From positions 1,312,001 through 1,376,000 of the forward strand of contig CAVRAL010000001.1 in NCBI GenBank assembly GCA_963719085.1: DNA of 64,000 nt. Direction: 5' to 3'. The position numbers were made by a program, and so were the translations under genes. Origin of the DNA: a candidate division FCPU426 bacterium. GTDB taxonomy: Bacteria > Oederibacteriota > Muellerivitia > Muellerivitales > Muellerivitaceae. Below the pieces are notes generated by a model. The model was not told the DNA's origin. It worked only from the letters and a program-made list of their open reading frames with translations, and did no database searches. Numbering within the stretch: the first letter of the stretch is position 1; every line of letters starts with the position of its first letter. Positions 58,396 through 64,000 of the stretch are shown here, piece after piece.

Positions 58396-58974
58396 TCAAG
58401 ACCCGCTGACCCGGGATTCGATCCGCGTGTCCGGGACCAGCCAGATCAAGGCCACGGCCACGTAAAGCGCCCAGGCGATCCATTCCTGGACAAAAGCCAA
58501 TGGAATGGCGGAAGCGTAAAGCGCCAAGCTCAAGTTGCCTTTGAAATCATTCCCCACCGCCTGAGCGAGCTTGGAATTTTCGCCCTCGGCCTGAATGAGG
58601 GACCTCAAAAGAATCGTGTAGGCGAGGGCGTCCATCAACAGCACTACCCCGTAAAGCGCCGTGGGAACCGGCTCGAAATGGTTTTCCCCCATCCAACCCG
58701 TCACGAAGGGGATGAGCGAAAGCCAGAAAAGCAAGTGGAGGTTCGCCCAAAGCACCCGCCCATTGATGCGGGAAGCCGCGTGGAGCGTGTGGTGGTGGTT
58801 GTTCCAGTAGATGCCCAAAAAGACGAAACTGAGCACATAGGTCAGAAAGACCGGCAGGACCGGTTTCAGGGCACCCAGGTCCGTGCCCGAAGGAATCTTC
58901 AGGTCGAGGACCATGATGGTGATGAGGATGGCGATCACACCGTCGCTAAAAGCTTCCAATCGGGATTTATTCAC
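58396..58974 (-). CDS. TMEM175-family K+ channel (DUF1211)
   Basis: RLEAFSDGVIAILITIMVL, YW.NHH; GTG start with AGGAG RBS. Confidence 0.92.
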   Translation of the reverse strand: MNKSRLEAFSDGVIAILITIMVLDLKIPSGTDLGALKPVLPVFLTYVLSFVFLGIYWNNHHHTLHAASRINGRVLWANLHLLFWLSLIPFVTGWMGENHFEPVPTALYGVVLLMDALAYTILLRSLIQAEGENSKLAQAVGNDFKGNLSLALYASAIPLAFVQEWIAWALYVAVALIWLVPDTRIESRVSGS

Positions 58975-59086
58975 AGATAAGGCTCCTAAGGTTTCCAACG
59001 ACGCCATCATCCCAGAAGAAGGCTGGCGGCTCAAGCTTGGACAGGGTCCCAAGACGGCCGCAAGGCATCTCAGGTGGCCTGAACGT

Positions 59087-60121
59087 TCACGATCTCTTTT
59101 GGAATAGGTAATGCGAAACCAACCATTCGTTGCCGCCGTCGTAACCCCACAACTCTGAGCAAGCCATAAAAAAGACCCGCCAATAGGACCAACGCCAAAG
59201 GGCGTTCTGAGGGCCATAGGTTTTGGCGAAGACTTCCAATAGGACGCCTTTATTCCGGTCCATGTTGGCCAGCCACGCCTCACTGGTCTTTTGATAATGG
59301 GTGCCGGAAACCCGCCAATGGTCGATGATCCCTAATTTTTCCTGGAAATAAAGCAGCAGATGGTCCGAGGGCATGATGCCCCCCGTGAAAAAATAGCGGG
59401 ACATCCAGTCATCTTCGCCCTGAGCCTCAAAAAGATAGGCCAGGTCCTTGTGGGTGAAAATATGGACGAAAAGAAGGCCCTTGGGCTTCAGCCAAGACGC
59501 CACTTTCGCCATGAGCTTTTCGTAATTGCGCATATGCTCAAACATCTCAACCGATAGGACCCGGTCGAATTTGCCTTTCAATGCCAGATGGTTGATGTCC
59601 CCTGTCACGATCTCAAGGTTCTTCAAACCCCTTTTTCGGGCCTTATCCAGGATGGTGACGCGCTGGGTCGCCGAATTGGAAACCCCCGTGACTTGGCACC
59701 GGGGATACCGCTCAGCCAAGTAAAGCGAAAGGGCTCCCCAGCCGCATCCCAGATCGAGCAACTTCAAGCCGTCCTTCACCCGGGCCCTTTCGCAGGTCAA
59801 CTTCAGCATGGCTTCCTCGGAATCGTCCAAAGCCGCGACGTCTTCAGGCCAAAAGCCGCAGGAATATTTAAGATGTTTCCCCAAGACCAATTGGTAGAAC
59901 TCGGCGGGAACCTCGTAATGTTGCTCGTTGGCCGCCGGGGTTTCCACGGCGATGGGGCTTTGTCGAAGGGACCGGACCAGTTGGGAAACGCGTTCCTGTT
60001 GTTTTTCCACCGCTTCCCAACGGCCCGCTTCGTCAAGCCTCAAACACAAAAGCCGTCGGATGCCCCAACGAATGAGGAAGTCCGGAAGCAGGTTCTTACG
60101 GATCAGAAAATCGGCTATCAT
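59087..60121 (-). CDS. Cfa-like SAM-dependent methyltransferase
   Basis: ANEQHYEVP, LKYSC, LDLGCGWG, SVEMFEH, FFTGG.MPS. Confidence 0.92.
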   Translation of the reverse strand: MIADFLIRKNLLPDFLIRWGIRRLLCLRLDEAGRWEAVEKQQERVSQLVRSLRQSPIAVETPAANEQHYEVPAEFYQLVLGKHLKYSCGFWPEDVAALDDSEEAMLKLTCERARVKDGLKLLDLGCGWGALSLYLAERYPRCQVTGVSNSATQRVTILDKARKRGLKNLEIVTGDINHLALKGKFDRVLSVEMFEHMRNYEKLMAKVASWLKPKGLLFVHIFTHKDLAYLFEAQGEDDWMSRYFFTGGIMPSDHLLLYFQEKLGIIDHWRVSGTHYQKTSEAWLANMDRNKGVLLEVFAKTYGPQNALWRWSYWRVFFMACSELWGYDGGNEWLVSHYLFQKRS

Positions 60122-60918
60122 CCGCGGTCCTCCTTTCGGGGGAACCAGGGTACAAACACAGGGGTTGTCCGTTGATAATGCCGGTAATCCTCACCCCGGG
60201 ACTTCAGGGCCTGGGCCTCGGTCAAGGGGATCCCCGTGACCTTGAAGAGGAAAAAAAACATCAGGACCGGACAACCCCAGGAAACCCAACCCGTGGGCGA
60301 AGCGCTCTCAAAAAAGGCGTAGGCGCACCAGACAAGCCACTCGAAAAAATAATTGGGGTGGCGAGAATAGTTCCAAAGCCCCACCCGGCAGGTCTTGCCC
60401 TTATTGGCGGCATTCCTTTTGAAATCCTCCAACTGCCGGTCCGCCAAGGATTCACCGGCCCAAGCGACGGCCCAAACCAAGAGGCCGACCCACTCCAGGG
60501 GTGAAAGCCCTTGGGTGGCGTTACGGAAAGTAAGGAAAAAAGGCACTGAAAGTAAAACATCCAAAGCGCTCTGGAACTGGAAGGTCAGGAACAACATCAC
60601 CCCGGCGCTCTTTCCCCATTTCTTTTTCATGTCCGTGTAACGGGGGTCTTCCGGATGTCCACCCAAAACGCGCGTGGTCAAAAGATAAAGGGCCAGACGG
60701 CCTCCCCAAAAAAGGACCATGGCCGCCAAAAGGGCGCGCCGCAAAGGGTCCCCTGACCCACGCAAAGCTTCATAAAGTGCGAGCCCCACCAGGCCGGAAG
60801 CCCAACCCACATCCAGGATGGCGGCGTTTCGGGTCTTAAGCTGGATTCCCCAAAGGGCCAGCATCAAAAGAAATATCCCCAACCATCCCCAACCCAAGGT
60901 CGTCAAAGCTTCACTCAC
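60118..60918 (-). CDS. DUF1295 membrane protein (steroid 5-alpha-reductase-like)
   Basis: EDPRY, E..AD.QL, GLW.YSRHPNYFFE. Confidence 0.9.
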   Translation of the reverse strand: MSEALTTLGWGWLGIFLLMLALWGIQLKTRNAAILDVGWASGLVGLALYEALRGSGDPLRRALLAAMVLFWGGRLALYLLTTRVLGGHPEDPRYTDMKKKWGKSAGVMLFLTFQFQSALDVLLSVPFFLTFRNATQGLSPLEWVGLLVWAVAWAGESLADRQLEDFKRNAANKGKTCRVGLWNYSRHPNYFFEWLVWCAYAFFESASPTGWVSWGCPVLMFFFLFKVTGIPLTEAQALKSRGEDYRHYQRTTPVFVPWFPRKEDRG

Positions 60919-61384
60919 GAGCCCCTCCTTGAACGGGCATCTGTTTCAACAAAAAATATAAAAAAAAGAAAAGAACCAAGGCCCCCAAGGGCGCGACCAG
61001 ACACCAGACCCCAATGCCATGAAGGGTGGCGACCCAAAGCCTTTGGATGGCCCCCCCGGGATCGAGCCGGACCATTTGGACCAAATGGGAAGCGCTGGAA
61101 GGCAAGGCTTGGGCGCCGGACAACCGCCCGCCCCAGCGAAGGAAGGGGATGATGAGTATGAGCTGCAGGGGATAGACCAGCCAATTGACGGACTGGATCA
61201 AGGGCAGGTTCCAACGAAATAATAGGGCGGCCAAAGCGCAAAGCAGGCTGGTGGAACCCAAAACCGGGAAAACCCCCAGGGCCACACCCCAAGCCAAGGT
61301 CCAGGCGATCTGCCGAGGCGTGAGCCCTTGGCTGAGCCAGCGTTGGAAGAAACCCCAAATCCCCGCCCGGGGGGCGAACTTCAC
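60911..61384 (-). CDS. DUF2062-family membrane protein
   Basis: QGLTP..IA, GVFPVLG, NLP.IQ.VN; GTGA overlap. Confidence 0.75.
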   Translation of the reverse strand: MKFAPRAGIWGFFQRWLSQGLTPRQIAWTLAWGVALGVFPVLGSTSLLCALAALLFRWNLPLIQSVNWLVYPLQLILIIPFLRWGGRLSGAQALPSSASHLVQMVRLDPGGAIQRLWVATLHGIGVWCLVAPLGALVLFFFLYFLLKQMPVQGGARE

Positions 61385-61716
61385 GTCTTTTTGCCCGTCA
61401 AAAATTCGGCAACGGTTCCACGAGCTGGAAGTTTTGCCAAACGCCAAATCAGGTAAGCGGCGATGGCCATATTCCCCAAGGCCATGATGAGCAGGAACCA
61501 GACAAACCGGCCGACCCAGCCTTTTTCCCGATAAGCCAGCCAAAGCCAAAAGGTGAAAAAGGCGAAATAGGTGTCGAAGAATGTCGCCCGACCCCAAGGC
61601 AGGGCCCAGACCTGGACCGCCCCTTCCCACACATTGCCCGTCAGGCTGGCCCAAGTGGTGACCACGGCCATGACCAGAAAAACCAAGACGTAATAAACGA
61701 TAAGTGCCTTTTTCAC
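61381..61716 (-). CDS. DUF1475-like membrane protein
   Basis: PW..ATFFD.Y..F..F.LW.AYRE, LGN; GTGA overlap. Confidence 0.75.
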   Translation of the reverse strand: MKKALIVYYVLVFLVMAVVTTWASLTGNVWEGAVQVWALPWGRATFFDTYFAFFTFWLWLAYREKGWVGRFVWFLLIMALGNMAIAAYLIWRLAKLPARGTVAEFLTGKKT

Positions 61717-63755
61717 GGGCGACCCCTTTCCATCCGATTCTCTACCACCGTTTCCGTTTTTATAACCACCGGGCCCCGCTCGCGGGTCATGGGACGGGCC
61801 AAAACCAGTTGAAGGTTGTTGAGCAGTCCCGCGGCAAATCCGGCCTCGCAATAAGCCAGGTAATAGAGCCACATCCTTTGAAATTTTTCATCAAATCCCA
61901 AACGGGTGATCTCTTCACGGTTCATCCGGAAGCGCCGGGCCCATTCGGCCAGCGTCAGGGCGTAATGGGGGCCGATGTTCTCCAGGTCTTCCAGCACCAA
62001 CCGGGACTGGGAAGTCATGGCGTCGTTCAGGGCTTTGATGGAGGGAATGACGGACCCCGGGAAAATATATTTTTGGATGAAATCCTCCCCGCGCCGGGCT
62101 TGCTCGTAACGCCGGTCGGGCAGGGTAATCACCTGAAGCACCGCCCATCCCCCGGGTTTCAACAACCGGTCGAGGGCCTCAAAATAGGTCCCATAGTGCT
62201 CGTGGCCGACCGCTTCCAACATCTCAACGGAGATGATCCGATCGAAGGTCCCGGTCAGATGGCGGTAATCGCTAAACTCCACCCGGACCCTTTCGCTCAA
62301 ACCCAAGCTTTCAACCCGGGCCTTGGCATATTCAAACTGTTCCTTTGAAATGGTCACGCTGGTCACGCGGCAGCCCGTCGCTTGGGCCGCCTCGATGGCG
62401 AGTGTTCCCCAACCGGTCCCGATTTCCAAGAGATGGTCGTTGGGCCCCAATTGGGCTTTTCCTAAAAGCCGGGCGATCTTGGCTTTTTGGGCCTCTTCCA
62501 GGCTCGATCCCCTCGGCTCATAAAGGGCCGATGAATAGGTCATGGAACCATCCAGGAAGGTCTTGAAGAAATCATTGCTCAGGTCGTAATGGGCTTGGAT
62601 ATTTTTTCGGCTCCCCGTGGGCGTATTGCCCCGGGTCAGGTGGAACAGCCATGCCCTCAAGCGTCCCCACCGGGCGGTCCAAGGGTGGTTTTGGACCAAT
62701 CCGTCCCAATTCTCCGCCAACATTTGGAGAAGATTCGCCAGATTCCCGGTTTCCCAATCCCCCTGCATATAAGCTTCCCCAAATGCTAAATCCCCGCCCC
62801 AAACCAGCTTCGGGAAAAAATTCCAACTCTTCACCCAAAGCGTCAAGGACCTATGGGGCGGGGCTTGCGGATCCCCAAAAAGTTTGAGGCTCTTGTCCGG
62901 AAGAACCAGGGTCAGGCAGCCCTTTTGAAGCTGGGAGGGCCAGCGGGTGAAAAGATGAAGGCAAGCCTTTTGCCAAAGGGTCGGGCGCGCGACCCGGATG
63001 GTCAGGTCGCTTTGGGGATGGGGTTTTGTGAAAACCTTCAAGCCCTTGAGGTAGAGCTTGCCGGCCTGCCAAAAGATCCGCGGCAGGGAAAGGCTCGCGG
63101 CCAAGGGATAGCGGAACAGGGTTCCCAACAGGTTTTTGGACGACATGGGCATGGCGGTTCCCCACATTCGGGAATGGAACACTTCCCGCCCCTCTTTCAG
63201 GATATTGACCCGGATATCCAGGTCCTGATCGATGGCCGAAAAGTGGAAGTCATAGTCCCCCGACATGTCGTTGAAGGGAGAAACATGAAAGTCTTTGGGG
63301 ACGGTGTAACGGGCTTCGAACCCGGGCCGAGGGGTGCCGGAACCCGAAAGGATATAAAGATGTTTCTCGCGAAAGGTGTTGTTCACTTCGGCCACCACCG
63401 TTTGAAGCCGGTCCAACGGGCCATAACAATAAAAAAAGGAAACAGGATTAAAGACGTAATTGAAGTAACGGGCGCCAGTGATCAACTCCACCCGGGCGAC
63501 TCCTTCCGACAAACCCTTTTCCCGAAGAAAACGAAAAAGTTTTTCTTTGAGGGTCCCCCCCCGGTCGTCCAAATAGTCCCGGTCATGGATAGAAACGGGC
63601 CGAAGGAGGTTGTAGCCGAACCAAGGCACCTCGCGTGAAAGGCCCTCCAACTCGTCCAAGTCAAAGGCATAAAAGTAAACCGGATATTGGAACCCGTGTC
63701 CCACGGGTTCCAATCGGCGGTGCATGACCTGCCCGGTGAATATCCGGGATCTCAT
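61713..63755 (-). CDS. DUF1365 - cyclopropane-fatty-acid-synthase-like methyltransferase fusion
   Basis: N-half G.V.HRR..P..H.F.Y, FNPVSF.YCY, AEVNNT, K.FHVSPF; C-half NIQAHYDLSNDFF, LEIGTGWG, SVEMLEAVG, FIQKYIFPG. Confidence 0.9.
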   Translation of the reverse strand: MRSRIFTGQVMHRRLEPVGHGFQYPVYFYAFDLDELEGLSREVPWFGYNLLRPVSIHDRDYLDDRGGTLKEKLFRFLREKGLSEGVARVELITGARYFNYVFNPVSFFYCYGPLDRLQTVVAEVNNTFREKHLYILSGSGTPRPGFEARYTVPKDFHVSPFNDMSGDYDFHFSAIDQDLDIRVNILKEGREVFHSRMWGTAMPMSSKNLLGTLFRYPLAASLSLPRIFWQAGKLYLKGLKVFTKPHPQSDLTIRVARPTLWQKACLHLFTRWPSQLQKGCLTLVLPDKSLKLFGDPQAPPHRSLTLWVKSWNFFPKLVWGGDLAFGEAYMQGDWETGNLANLLQMLAENWDGLVQNHPWTARWGRLRAWLFHLTRGNTPTGSRKNIQAHYDLSNDFFKTFLDGSMTYSSALYEPRGSSLEEAQKAKIARLLGKAQLGPNDHLLEIGTGWGTLAIEAAQATGCRVTSVTISKEQFEYAKARVESLGLSERVRVEFSDYRHLTGTFDRIISVEMLEAVGHEHYGTYFEALDRLLKPGGWAVLQVITLPDRRYEQARRGEDFIQKYIFPGSVIPSIKALNDAMTSQSRLVLEDLENIGPHYALTLAEWARRFRMNREEITRLGFDEKFQRMWLYYLAYCEAGFAAGLLNNLQLVLARPMTRERGPVVIKTETVVENRMERGRP

Positions 63756-64000
63756 AAATCCACCCCCAGGGACCGGCCGACGGCCACCCCGGCCTTCACC
63801 GCGTCCTCGTGGAAACCATAGCCAAAATAGCTGCCGCAAAAATAAGTGTTCCGGACCCCGTTCAACCGGGGCAATTCGGACTGGCTTTTGACCGACGCCA
63901 AACTATAAGTGGGGTGATGGTAAAAAAATTCCCGGATGGTTTCCTCTTCGCGGGGCGGAACACTCCGGTTCAAGGTCACGCAATATGTTTTTTGGGTCGT
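63752..64000 (-). CDS. FAD/NAD-dependent oxidoreductase, 3' end (runs off window)
   Basis: VTLN, Y.HP, TYFCGSYFGYGFHED motif; ATGA overlap with next gene. Confidence 0.85.
   Translation of the reverse strand, partial: TTQKTYCVTLNRSVPPREEETIREFFYHHPTYSLASVKSQSELPRLNGVRNTYFCGSYFGYGFHEDAVKAGVAVGRSLGVDL

Overview
64-kb window from a GC-rich bacterial chromosome, mostly minus-strand genes. The Pro/Thr-linker secreted proteins with FlgD-Ig-like tails suggest a poorly sampled candidate phylum (inference only). Left to right: (1) cydAB; (2) a stress cluster (DHA2 MFS pump, HxlR, Rrf2 with two matching operators, SDR, YdeI-like); (3) a decayed tRNA-Asp scar with AT-rich remnant DNA; (4) a complete ~11-kb AT-rich integrative element in tRNA-Asp(GTC), bounded by a 46-bp att repeat (9694-9739 / 20622-20667), with integrase, excisionase and arm-type sites. 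Its cargo is a coupled operon (M.PvuII-like m4C methyltransferase, MORC/GHKL ATPase, SF2 helicase, PD-(D/E)xK-like nuclease, HNH) plus a winged-helix/TIR-like gene pair; (5) a K+-channel-fold protein with an altered filter (TIGYHE); (6) accessory modules (frameshifted SDR+TetR, TPR protein, BrnT/BrnA) each separated by a 28-bp palindrome; (7) three large Ig/beta-propeller proteins, one of which (1862 aa) starts with a HicB-type antitoxin domain instead of a signal peptide; (8) housekeeping genes (mutS, miaB, class III cyclase, scpAB, trpS, cca, yraN, rnhB, rplS, trmD, rimM, khpA, rpsP); (9) a fatty-acid modification cluster with a DUF1365-Cfa fusion. Best novelty candidates are the MTase-MORC-helicase-nuclease operon, the HicB-fused giant protein and the palindrome-delimited cassette array. 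All family calls come from motif recognition by eye; no searches were run.
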